This document shows, piece by piece, positions 11,278-22,359 of a stretch of 32,577 bases of DNA. A model generated the notes under the pieces. That model saw only the letters and a program-made list of their open reading frames with translations, was not told the origin of the DNA and made no database searches. The DNA lies in NCBI RefSeq assembly GCF_001194135.2, contig NC_068999.1, positions 21,168,031 through 21,200,607 of the forward strand. Reading direction: 5' to 3'. Within the stretch, counting starts at the first letter, position 1, and each line of letters opens with the position of its first letter. This stretch comes from Octopus bimaculoides (taxonomy: Eukaryota). The position numbers and the translations under genes are program-made.

Positions 11278-11763
11278 GAGGGTGTCCGAGAATCAATGAT
11301 GATTTGAGTGAAATCGGATGCATTTTTTAAAAACTCACTTTTATATTTATGTTTATCATGTTTAATAAGTGTTAAAAGTATATAAATCTAAAATTTTGTT
11401 TATAGTTTTATTTTCATTCCTGTTAGACCCCCTCTTATTTGTCTATGATAGCTTTTTTTCAATTTGGTAGCAATCATTTTCTTTACCTCCATCTCCAAGA
11501 TGGAGCAATTGTTTAGCTGAGCTTAAAGAACACATTCAGTTAGCAGTGTAGAAGCTAGCTCCTGAAATGCTTCAAAATGTGTTTCACAACGCAAAGGCGA
11601 GATTTGAAGTATGCAGGGATACAGACATGTTGAAAAATTTCAGTAGAAGTTTGACGTAAGATTTATAAATCTATTTGTTTTGGTAATTAACATAAAATTC
11701 TGTCAGCTATTTTTTTTAAAATTTGCTCAATTTCATTGAAACAGTTAATTCTAGAACACCCTG
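11278..11763 (+). mobile_element. internally deleted Tc1/mariner element (486 bp) with a transposase C-terminal relic
   Basis: TA|GAGGGTGTCCGAGAATCAA... vs reverse complement of the right end TA|CAGGGTGTTCTAGAATTAA... (~55-bp imperfect TIR). 11519-11646 translates ELKEHIQLAV*KLAPEMLQNVFHNAKARFEVCRDT/HVEKFQ*, the typical C-terminal helix of mariner-like transposases. Confidence 0.8.
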
Positions 11764-11820
11764 TATTGTGTAGCGTTGTTAGTTGTTGCGTTGCTCGAGT
11801 AAATATTAAAATCAAATGTC

Positions 11821-12548
11821 GGATCTATTTTAAAACGGGGGCCACAGTTTTCATTAATGTTTTACGTAGTGTTTTTGGTACCGAAAGACTTTCAAACTTC
11901 GTATACTTATCTATTTTGTGTTATAGAACAGAAAAATATTTTTGTATTCGAATTTATTTCATGTAAAAAATTGTCTTATTTCGATAATTTCAACTAATCA
12001 CTGACAAGTATTNNNNNNNNNNNNNNNNNNNNNNNNNNNNNNNNNNNNNNNNNNNNNNNNNNNNNNNNNNNNNNNNNNNNNNNNNNNNNNNNNNNNNNNN
12101 NNNNNNNNNNNNNNNNNNNNNNNNNNNNNNNNNNNNNNNNNNNNNNNNNNNNNNNNNNNNNNNNNNNNNNNNNNNNNNNNNNNNNNNNNNNNNNNNCTAA
12201 CCCTAGGGTTAGGGTTAGGGTTAGCCTATAATAGAAAGGTTTATTAGCTACTGCCAATATGCTTCAGCCATTTTTTGACAAGGAAATAATAATTTGATCA
12301 CCGATAGAATTGTTTCAGAATCGTTTGTTTATGTAGTCGGCACTTAATGTATATCGGCTGAATGGACGTCAGTGATTGGTTGAAATTACAGAAATTCGAC
12401 AACTTTAACATGGAATAACTTAGGGATTTCTTTTTTTTTTAAGAAGACTAAGAGAAAAAGATGTTTTATATGACACATTCTACCAGTGTTCCAAGTTTCA
12501 AAGTGTTTCTTTAAGAAAATACTGTGGCCCCCGTTTTAAAATAGATCC
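11821..12548. mobile_element. non-autonomous TIR DNA transposon with 8-bp TSD and GG termini (Merlin-like; hAT or P not excluded)
   Basis: Perfect 28-bp TIR GGATCTATTTTAAAACGGGGGCCACAGT (11821-11848 / 12521-12548). Flanks CAAATGTC (11813-11820) and CAAATATC (12549-12556), 7/8. Spans gap 12013-12196. Confidence 0.85.
12197..12224. repeat. telomere-type repeats CTAACCCT|AGGGTTAGGGTTAGGGTTAG in divergent orientation
   Basis: Directly visible at the right edge of the gap; 16-bp perfect palindrome at 12197-12212. Confidence 0.9.
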
Positions 12549-12633
12549 CAAATATCTTCTCTCCGTAAACATCCCATCTTTTTTTAAGCATATTGTATCA
12601 AGGAGTATATCCAAAATGTATCTCTGCTTTATA

Positions 12634-12754
12634 GGCATTGCTGTGTGGTTGACAAGTTTGCTTTCCAACCATGTCGCCTTGGATTCAGTCCCACTGTGTG
12701 ACACGTTGGGCAATTCTCTTCCATTACGACTCCGTGCCGACCAAAGCCTTGTGT
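12634..12754 (+). mobile_element. 5' fragment of SINE 'family A'
   Basis: GGCATTGCTGTGTGGTTGACAAGTTTGCTTTCCAACCATG...GGATTCAGTCCCACTG...GCCGACCAAAGCCTTGTG aligns with 4173-4285. Confidence 0.8.
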
Positions 12755-13254
12755 AGTATATAATTGCCATTACTGTATTGATGTATAAAATAACACATAC
12801 AACTCACTTATTATTGTCATATAACAAGCAAGCAAAAGTTCGTGTATGAAATTGATCTTTTTTCTACTTCAATTATTATATGTTTTGTTTTTTTTTTCTT
12901 ATAAAACACATAAATACAGGAAGAGTAAACCTATATATATATATAATAACACTTTGAATGTGGCTCCCAAGAAGAGTAAAAGTAATTACCCGATCATTAC
13001 GGCGGGTGTTACTGCTAGTTTCATATAAAACACACAGGAAGGAAGAAATATTAGAGTTTTGTCCCTTTGAATTACATGAAATATATTATTACACAGCGGC
13101 ATATTTTATAGGAATGAATGTGAAGACATTTTATATAATCAAAAATATATACATCGTGACCACTTCAGCTGAGAGGGTGCACATATATTTGTCCGTCACT
13201 CTACACGTAGAACATGTTTACTACACGTGAGTTGTTGCTATTAACATTGTCGTT

Positions 13255-14070
13255 TTTACCGTTGTTGTTGTTGTTGTTGTTGTTGTTGTCGTCGAGCTCC
13301 AACTTAGCCTTGATTATTCAATATAGCTTTTCTTGTATTGAATCGGTAGCATTGGGGTGGAGGGAGATTTGTCTGCTATTTCTCGACGGCACCTGCTCGT
13401 TTTTAGATTGCGTTTTACACTATTATTGATTTCTGTTTTTTTAGGAAGCGATGACGATGACGAGTGCAGCAATGATAATGATGAGGAGGAAATGGACGAG
13501 AATGATAAGGAGGAGGGGAGGGGAGGAGANNNNNNNNNNNNNNNNNNNNNNNNNNNNNNNNNNNNNNNNNNNNNNNNNNNNNNNNNNNNNNNNNNNNNNN
13601 NNNNNNNNNNNNNNNNNNNNNNNNNNNNNNNNNNNNNNNNNNNNNNNNNNNNNNNNNNNNNNNNNNNNNNNNNNNNNNNNNNNNNNNNNNNNNNNNNNNN
13701 NNNNNNNNNNNNNNNNNNNNNNNNNNNNNNNNNNNNNNNNNNNNNNNNNNNNNNNNNNNNNNNNNNNNNNNNNNNNNNNNNNNGTGGTGGTGGTGGTGGT
13801 GGTGGTGGTGGTGATGGCTGCAGCAGTGGTGGTGGTGATGCTGGCGGCGGCGACAGCAGCAGCGGCCTCATTGGTGATGGTGCCACTCGTGGTGCTGTCG
13901 TTGTGGTTGGTGGTTGGTGGTGGTGAATGAATGAATGCGCTCATCGTGATCTTGGAGATGAATATGCAGACGTCAGCGATAATGATTGATGATTGTTGGT
14001 GATAATGAAGTTAATATTGACGAGGAAGATAATAATGATGACGATGACGGTAACGACCATAATGTCTAAA
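13255..14070. repeat. trinucleotide low-complexity region: (GTT)n, (GAT/GAC/GAG)n, (GGT)n, around gap 13530-13783
   Basis: Directly visible; explains the poly-P/G/T/V ORFs. Confidence 0.9.
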
Positions 14071-14339
14071 TACAACTACCTGTCTTAGTATCAATTTCTT
14101 CCCTGCTACAAGATATAAACTGGGAAATATCCAATGGTGCCAGGATTCTTCACAGGGATAATAATGGCACATTCCTTATGGAATTTCATGAAATTGTTAT
14201 TCATCAGTTCAGAAATTACGGTCTAATATTGGACATGCTTCACTGACATTCTATTATTTAACATTAAAGCATTTAACACTGAGTTTGAAAGTAGAGCTAT
14301 CTCATCGATAGGGTACCCTTGATTATCTGGTTGAATATG

Positions 14340-14389
14340 TGTCTCTAGCTCTATCTCTCCCTCTCTTTCTACGCCTCTCTCTCTCTCTC

Positions 14390-14476
<87 letters not shown>

Positions 14477-14480
14477 CTCT
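14340..14480. repeat. (CT)n microsatellite
   Basis: Directly visible. Confidence 0.97.
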
Positions 14481-14623
14481 TTTCTTTTGTATTTTGTAAA
14501 CGTACACAGCATTATAATTATAGAAGTATTATTTCAATTATTATCATACATTCTTACTTGAATACAATAGTTATAACATTCACAATACCAAACAAGAGTT
14601 CTCCATGTGATCACTCGATCTGC

Positions 14624-15009
14624 TGATAATAGCTGCTAAATCTCCCTCGTATCAAACTTCATCATCTTAGAATCAAGGAATATCTGATTCTATACTCACG
14701 ATTTTGGAAAAATAAAACAGAATGGAAGCGTCTGGAAATAAGACGAAATTGACATGGCTATGCTACTTTTTATCATAATGATACAGTAGTTAAGCAGCAC
14801 GTGACCACGCAACTTGTTGATAATAGCTACTAAATCTCTTTCGTATCAAACGCTACCATCTTAAGTTCCAGGAATATTGTATTGCACTGTAAGATGTAGT
14901 CTTACACACGGGATTCTGGAAAAATAAACGTGACAGGACACGGCTGGAGATATGACAGAAGAGGCACGGCTAAACTGCTTTTTATCATTGGTATACTGAA
15001 TAAACAGCA
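14624..15009 (+). repeat. diverged two-copy tandem duplication, period 194 bp
   Basis: TGATAATAGCT(G/A)CTAAATCTC..TCGTATCAAAC at 14624 and 14818; shared GATT.TGGAAAAATAAA, CTTTTTATCAT and ..CAGCA blocks. Confidence 0.85.
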
Positions 15010-15729
15010 AAATGAATATTTTCTTTTAATGACTATCAAAGAAAATAACTAAATTTGCTCATTTGAGCTGCTATAAATAACGACTAAATATTATAAGAGT
15101 GTGAAACACTTTCGGCTTTTGCTTACTGAAGGAAGATGGAAGGGTAATTTTCTCAACAGTCTTGCAGGTTCGTAATCCTAGGATCTTACTTACATGAAAT
15201 ACAGTCGTTCGATATAATTTCACAAGCCAGCGATTCGCAGATAATGAACAAAACCTTAAAGAACGAATTCCTTGTTCGCTCAGTTTCCAAACTGAAATTT
15301 CGGCAGATACACTTGTCAATCGTATATGCGAGTGTATAAGATGCGCTTTTTTATTATAAAATGTAACAAAAGAAAATTGCCATACGTCTAATGTGACTGT
15401 ATTGCGGGTGTGATACAGAGTGCATGATTCTATGATGAAACTTATTAAATTTGTGTTTGTTTTTCCACTATACTTTTTTCTGTCTTATTTACAGTATATT
15501 GTCATTTATCAAGAACTTCTACCAGAGCGGCAGTGAACACAGGGCAACGTGTTAGAAAGAGGAAGTTTGACAACTTTTACTTATCTTCGACGTGTTCTAA
15601 TTCACACTGATATCGCTCCTTCCAGAGTTATAGCAAAAGTGCTCTTATTAATGTGTATCGTTTTACTGTATTGGTCTTGAAGCAGGCTCTAAGCCCACGG
15701 TTTTCACAAACCTTCTTAGACTGGTGAGA

Positions 15730-16850
15730 TCCAGATGATGTTTTTCTTGAATAGTTACAAGTCAATGATTGCAGGAAAATGGATAAAAGGAGTTTTCCAG
15801 GTTATCGACGCTCCAGGGAGAAATAAGCTAGTGGTTAGTGGGGAACCGGGTGGAGATGCAGGAGACAGTTAGGGAGTACATTTTCCAACGGTGAGCAATG
15901 TAGAAATAGCTGCACACCGAGCTGCAAATTTAATGGGGATTTTTCTGTAGAACTGCTAACACAACCATCTTGAGTGGGTTGTGGAAAGAAGGAAAGATTC
16001 TTAAAATTGATAGGGAGCCTTTTCATAAGGGCTTTACTGAATTGGCTGCAGATTGTGTAGCGAGAAAATTTGAGGGCTGTATGACATACTGATACTTATT
16101 TTGCGTCTGAATAAGGACTATAATAAAACTGAATTACTGGGGAAAGCACTGTAAACTGTGTATATTACCTTACCAGCAGTTGTGTATCATTGTGTGAAGC
16201 ATTTGGTTGGTTTAAGGCTACGAGTTTACGTTGCCCGTTGGATATGACCATCATGTTTCAGAAGATGGTCCTAGTCACTTACTTAGCTGTTTTTGATGAG
16301 TTAGGTGTTAGTCACAGTTGCTGCTCACTGTTGTTAATATCAAACTAGCAGAGCTCTGACCAGTCAACTAGCGCCAGAATATCGGTCAAAAATGTGCTTA
16401 AGGAATGAACATAACTGATTTTACGAAAGAATGTGAGAAACAAAAAGAGTTGTGAATGTTGAAGTTACTGAAGACGTTGGATTCAGGAAAAGTGAGATCT
16501 CCTTGGTGGTGGAAGATATATCGATTTGTAGGTGTTTATAGCTTTTTTTTTTTTAGTAATTGAACGAGATTTATTTAGAAGAGTGGGGTGGAGACTATGA
16601 ATCAGAGGAAGCAGAAATCTTTATTGCTGATGTTGAGGGGGAGAGGGATAAATGGTGAAAAGTGTGGAATCTATTAAATGCAAAGTTGCTATCTTTCTGA
16701 AGGAAGTTTTAGTGTGGAATATAGCCCAGACAGCAAAGATAAGCTACAGATTGAAGAGATTTCTGTCTCAGAGTAAGATATTTTATGTGAGATCTTAGTT
16801 TGGGCGAGAACCGGCGGGTATTAGAGAGGAGAGAGAATTCTCCAGCAAGT
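15730..16850 (-). mobile_element. decayed APE-type LINE (CR1/L2/Jockey group): endonuclease + linker + extreme 3' end, RT core missing
   Basis: Minus-strand motifs in order: TKEISLFLNP (cf. EISILGDFNV, APE), TFLTDILALVDWSELC (cf. D.PW..YC), GCVSSSTEK (cf. VSS..KAELF), then ASITWKTPFIHFPAIIDL*LFKKNI (cf. TS.LWNSLP..FP..YNL..FK). Many stops and frameshifts. Confidence 0.6.
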
Positions 16851-17054
16851 GGATCAAATGGGCTATAACTCAAGAAATTATGTAATAAATGATATTTTAT
16901 TAACAGGATATTTTATTGAGAAGATGAATCTTTACTATTACAGAATTCTATTAATGCATTCCACTATCTCTTTAAATGCCTGTAAGGCAATCACCTGGTT
17001 ATATAGAAAAAGAGATAGACTGACAGGTTGAGAGAGAGGGGAAAAGAAATAGAT

Positions 17055-17118
<64 letters not shown>
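17055..17118. repeat. (GA)n microsatellite
   Basis: Directly visible. Confidence 0.97.
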
Positions 17119-17120
<2 letters not shown>

Positions 17121-17299
17121 CTTTAAACTTTTGCAGATTTGTTTCTTACGGATCCCAAAATATTCTGCCTGACGAAATGCCCAACGTCCGAAGAGAAAAG
17201 ATATTTTATTCTTCTAACGTAACTTCAATTAGCATTCTATAATTATTTTTGTAAAGTACTGCCTAACACAGCCACACAATGTTATAATTCATCTTCTTT

Positions 17300-18050
17300 C
17301 ACCAGATTATTAATCTGATATACTACTGATTTATCGAAAAACTGAAATTCAGGATGAGTCGTTTTACATTTCTTGGTCATCATGATCTCTTTCTTTAACT
17401 CAGGATCCATATTTTTCACGCCGTCATATGATAATCTATGTTTCGGCATCATACAGCTCAGGAGTTGGTAGCCTCGGTCCGGCGTTTCAGCTTAGGATTA
17501 TTGTATCTATTATATGTCTTATTTCTATGCTGAAAGAGTTCTTTTTTAAATAGTTACCACAACTGTTTACAAGACTCACCAATGCACAGTTTCATTAAAG
17601 GATGGCGCAGTAAAAGTCAGTTTTTTTTTAAATTCTGTCTTGTTCTCGTGGGTTTTGTTCAGTGTTTTCCTTTCGATTTTTCCTATGAAGATTGTTTGGA
17701 TTGTGTTTGCTGTTGATGCAGTCCTTGTTCCTATTTCTAGCAGAGAATCCTTAATTAACTTTAACCTTCAGGTTTAAGATACTCGCTCCTCTGCTTCGCT
17801 CTTTCTCGCGACAGTATCAGAAATGGCTCAGTACTTCTCTCGTCTCACCAGTGTGTTAAAATACAAGTTCATCTGGAACTTGTGCTTTTACTTGTGAATA
17901 CAGACACTGCCCAGCTTTTGCATATAATTTATGAAGATAATAACGAAGCTAGATTTCAGAACAACTGGTACAGGTATTTTCTTCAGATTCACAAATCTAT
18001 TACATCTATAAAGAAACACTAGTTTTAGATTATTTGATATGTATTCCAAG
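17300..18050 (-). mobile_element. possible decayed non-LTR RT C-terminal region (R4/Dong-like?)
   Basis: Minus-strand fragments FFIDV (FMDD-like), EKY*...EAEERVS*T*RLKLIK...TASTANT and PTPELY...DGVKNMD, in the order expected for RT domains 5-7 and beyond. Very degenerate. Confidence 0.3.
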
Positions 18051-19769
18051 GGGCATTTTCTTTTGCTGTCCACTGTGCCTATAATATTTAATGTAATCCA
18101 TTGGAAAGCCACTTCTTCCAATGGTTTATGCATGACCTAAGTTGTTTAATTATTTATTCAAAATCTCTCCGACGTGTGTTTTCAAGACACTTTGTCTTAT
18201 GGGATGTATCTACATATTATCTTCATTTCATGTATTCCTCGCATAAATATATTCGATTTTGTATTTGTTGCTCTCTGTCCATATATTGTCGTACCTCTTA
18301 TATTTTTCGGGCATATTATTAAGGTTGAAATGTATATCTGAACATACGACGACTCATGCAAATTTGTTTCTTTTTAATGCTATGCTCATACCGTCATTTT
18401 ATTTATACATGCATGTATATTGTTACATTGTTTTGTTTTGTTTTTTCTGCTGCTGGCATTGTCCATGTAAGTTTTGTTGCTGGTGTTAGCATTATAAATG
18501 TTGTTTGAGCAAATCTTTCCAATACACAAAATATTTGCATTTTCTTTACATTTCTCTGAAGTAGGAAGTTGGCACATCGTAAGAACAGAAAGAATTGCAA
18601 AATAATATTCTTCTTTGAATGTAAGATATCTATATAAAATTGCAACTCTTCTATTTTACTTCTTTGATATAACAATAAAATAAAACCAACAAATGCAATA
18701 TCACGTAATAAAATGTTGCACGTCAAACAAACAAGGATTTCCTTAGCAAAGTGTACCCACAATAATAATATACGACCTTTGCTTCTGTTGTATGCAACAC
18801 CATCAATATCACGTAGTCTGCACATACTGACACAGCTTTTCTGTATCTTAGTTCGAGCAGGATATACCTCTACACATCCAGGTTCTGCATTAGTGGTACG
18901 ATGATGCGTAAATACACACAGATGATTGGAGAACACACGTTTATCGGAACGAGAGCATGACTGGAAACGACGCTAGCAGGTGACCACAATCTGACCTCTG
19001 AGCAGATGACACTCTACAATGATGTTAATTGGTCTCTGAAAACAGGACAGAAACTGGTTGACTTGTGTACAGCCCCCGCAAGCTGAGGTGTTTGGCGCTT
19101 TAGAAAGCTTTCGATTAATACAAATGTATCAAATCCTCGCCGAAGCCATCTTTATTTCCCACCTTCCCTTCGAAATATTGCGTGTATAGAGTTGTGTATA
19201 GAGCTGCTCGGGATGGCGTTGGTCTGCGATGCGATTTCTTGGCCTCACTACCAACAAACACCAAAATCTTAAACCCTGTATTCAGTATTCTGTGTTTTGG
19301 GATGGCGTTGTCAACTCACCTTCACCTTTTATTGACGCACCTATATCTCAGTACCATACTTTGGATTCTGCGAAAGACGCAAATGTTTTNNNNNNNNNNN
19401 NNNNNNNNNNNNNNNNNNNNNNNNNNNNNNNNNNNNNNNNNNNNNNNNNNNNNNNNNNNNNNNNNNNNNNNNNNNNNNNNNNNNNNNNNNNNNNNNNNNN
19501 NNNNNNNNNNNNNNNNNNNNNNNNNNNNNNNNNNNNNNNNNNNNNNNNNNNNNNNNNNNNNNNNNNNNNNNNNNNNNNNNNNNNNNNNNNNNNNNNNNNN
19601 NNNNNNNNNNNNNNNNNNNNNNNNNNNNNNNNNNNNNNNNNNNNNNNNNNNNNNNNNNNNNNNNNNNNNNNNNNNNNNNNNNNNNNNNNNNNNNNNNNNN
19701 NNNNNNNNNNNNNNNNNNNNNNNNNNNNNNNNNNNNNNNNNNNNNNNNNNNNNNNNNNNNNNNNNNNNN

Positions 19770-20323
19770 GGGATGCTTGAGTTTGTTCAAAAGCTTCATG
19801 CGCGGTCTTTTCTCTAGTCCTTGATGACTTGGAATAAAAATTGGCCCTTTTTCATCTTATATGAGGAATACTGAATGTCTTCATGCAGTACCTGCCCGAT
19901 AAGAAGCTCAGACGCTCCCATGTCCCTGGCGATGGACGTGATTGACTTGGAAGATCCTTGTCAATCATGACTCAATTCAGGAGTTTTTTTCTTATGAGAA
20001 TGATCAGAGTGAGGCTTCCGAGTTGCTGTACCTTCGTAATCACCATTAGACTCGTCCAATTTTTTCCGAATCCTCTGCACTGTCCTCAGATTAACACCCA
20101 ATCACTGAAATATTCGTATTGGAGCTTCCGGCGCGAATGCCAAGCAGTACAGCATGTCGTTTCCGAATTTCTGGCATAGCGATATGCATTATGGCGCTAT
20201 TTGTCTCACAGATGGTGCCCAACTGACCCTATTATGATGTGCTGTCGACAAAATCAAAAACAATCAACGCGCATGCACGAAATTGAAAATATAAAATGGT
20301 GATAATTTACCCATGGAACCCTG
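19770..20323 (-). mobile_element. 5' part of a Tc1/mariner DD37D(maT)-type element with a disrupted transposase N-terminus
   Basis: Terminus CAGGGTTCCATGGGTAAATTATCACC at 20323. From ATG 20177: MPEIRKRHAVLLGIRAGSSNTNIS/GVNLRTVQRIRKKLDESNGDYEGTATRK/SKSITSIARDMGASELLIGQVLHEDIQYSSYKMKKGQFL/KLLNKLKHP (paired-like HTH), running into gap 19390-19769. The DDD triad is not visible; the subfamily call is from recalled similarity. Confidence 0.85.
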
Positions 20324-20360
20324 TGTGTGTGAGTGTGTGTGTGTGTATGTGTGTGTGCAT

Positions 20361-20507
20361 TCTTTTACTATTTTATTCCTTTATTTGTTTCAGTCATTTA
20401 ACTGCCGCCATGCTGGAGCACCGCCATTAGTCAAACAAATCGACCCCAGGACTTATTCTTTTTAAACCCACTAGTTCTTTCATCGATCTCATTCACCGAA
20501 CCACCAG
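20361..20507 (-). mobile_element. 3' part of SINE 'family A'
   Basis: TTGTTTCAGTCATTTAACTGCCGCCATGCTGGAGCACCGCC...CGACCCCAGGACTTATTCTT is the reverse complement of 85-210. Confidence 0.85.
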
Positions 20508-20508
20508 T

Positions 20509-20713
20509 TTATATAAGGCCGGTTCATGGCATGACCCTGGCTTTCACGTCCATAAAGCGCTTAGCTTTACGGTGTATTATCAGATCTCAAAACTTGTTGG
20601 TTTCACAAGCGAGGCCTTAAACCAACAGGTTTTGGCATCTGATGACACGCCGTAAATCTGAGCGCGTTATGGACGTAAAACCGAGGGCCATGCCATAAAG
20701 CGGCCTTATCTAA
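20509..20713. mobile_element. fold-back/MITE-like element: ~95-bp imperfect inverted arms with a 15-bp spacer
   Basis: Left arm 20509-20603 aligns without gaps to the reverse complement of 20619-20713. Core termini TA|AGGCCG ... CGGCCT|TA. Confidence 0.8.
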
Positions 20714-21406
20714 CTTTATATTATATACTGCTCCATAACTTAGAGTGTGCTTTTTCGGATTTATGTTTTACCAACGATCGATACATATATGTACACACAC
20801 GCACACACTCACACACAAAAATATATATACATATATCCATATGAGTATGCATATGAGTATGCATGTATGTATATATCTATATCTATAAGTATGTGTGCAT
20901 GTCTGTGTATATAAAGCAGTTAATTATTCTTGAGTTGCTGCTTGTTTCATGCTTCAATTATTGGTTAATAAGAAACTCATCAAAGATAAGTTGTTTACTA
21001 AACGTGATGTTTACGTGTTACTCGAAAGTAACAATTTGAAAATCAACTTCCGCTATAAACTTCTGGGAATAACCTTTGCGTGGTGCATAAATCTTTCCAG
21101 ACCAAACTAAGTTATTTCACTGGCATACAAATCAAGCAAGCGGAAATAGCAAGAAATAAAAGAGCAGAAATGTAATGGATAAATTTTTTTTTTTCTCTTC
21201 TCTGCTCGCTCTTTCAGCTAACTCCACTCTTCACGAGCCACCTCCTCCTTTCACTCTCGCTCTTCATTCGTTGCTCCAACATTCCACTTTAGCGGGATCC
21301 CTCGCTTTTCCCCCATTTTCCCCAAGCCCTTACATCGTTACTTCATTTTATTCATTTATTGATAGTTTTGCATATGTATAATTTATATGTATACACGTAT
21401 ACATAT

Positions 21407-21409
<3 letters not shown>

Positions 21410-21455
<46 letters not shown>

Positions 21456-21499
21456 NNNNNNNNNNNNNNNNNNNNNNNNNNNNNNNNNNNNNNNNNNNN

Positions 21500-21555
<56 letters not shown>

Positions 21556-22008
21556 GTCCATAATGTTTATATTCGTTATCTAACGATCGTTTGATTCCAA
21601 TTCTTTTGGGAAAATTTCATCCAGTGAATAATAACCACGTTGACCTTACATCATTTATATTGGTGATTAAATAGTTTCCTTATATTATACTTTTACACTA
21701 GTGGTCGAAGAATGGAACCGACAAACTTGGTGTAAACATTTGGCAAGTATCATCTTGCTGTAAGGTATATGTAAATGTTCTTCTTGTACAGAATACATTT
21801 TTTTATGCTGTTTGCTGACTGATACACACATATATGTATGTATATGTGTATGTGTGTCAATTTATGTTTGTATATGTGCACATGTGTGTGTATAAATGTC
21901 TCTATAGGCCTGTACTTATATATGTGTGTATGTGTGTGTGTGCGTATACCAATGAATTTGAATATGCGTATATGTGTCACTATATTTACAGTTGCATATG
22001 GAGTAAAC

Positions 22009-22056
<48 letters not shown>

Positions 22057-22085
22057 CACGTACACATGTGTGTATGTATGTATGT
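21410..22085. repeat. (CA)n/(TA)n around gap 21456-21499 and degenerate (TG/TA)n at 21820-22085
   Basis: Directly visible. Confidence 0.9.
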
Positions 22086-22359
22086 ACAGTGTAATAATAA
22101 GTACAAAACCGTACGGTATAGCCCCCTGTTAGCTTACATGTCATATTATCTGAGCAAAATGTTTTGTAAGCGGTATAAGGGAGATAATCAAAAATGTTGG
22201 GAATGACTAGATTTTATTAATTTAACATGATTTTGTTTAGAAAGAATAGAATGTTAGCAGTGGTTAAGTTTTGCTCTTTATTTTTTTCATTGAGGTAAGT
22301 TTCCTTATTTATAAATGCTAGAAATGGTTAAGTTTTGGCTTATATTTTTCAATGAAGTA

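Noticed and set aside
12197-12224. Telomere end or chromosome fusion site
   Set aside because: Only about four repeats are visible, the orientation is opposite to a fusion, and they sit inside a TIR/TSD-bounded element.
13314-13944. Pro/Gly/Thr/Asp-rich ORFs as a low-complexity protein exon
   Set aside because: Trinucleotide repeats spanning a gap, open on both strands, with no recognisable domain or splice support.
17169-17190. CTGACGA...CGAAG as a hammerhead
   Set aside because: No convincing stem II, no GAAA box and no NUH geometry.
18403-18936. 177-aa minus-strand ORF
   Set aside because: No recognisable motif; composition (F/I/L/K-rich) is what AT-rich non-coding DNA gives; TTG start.
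19271-19280. AAACCCTGTA as the other TIR of the DD37D element at 19770-20323
   Set aside because: Wrong orientation (it reads as a right end) and similarity stops after ~10 bp.
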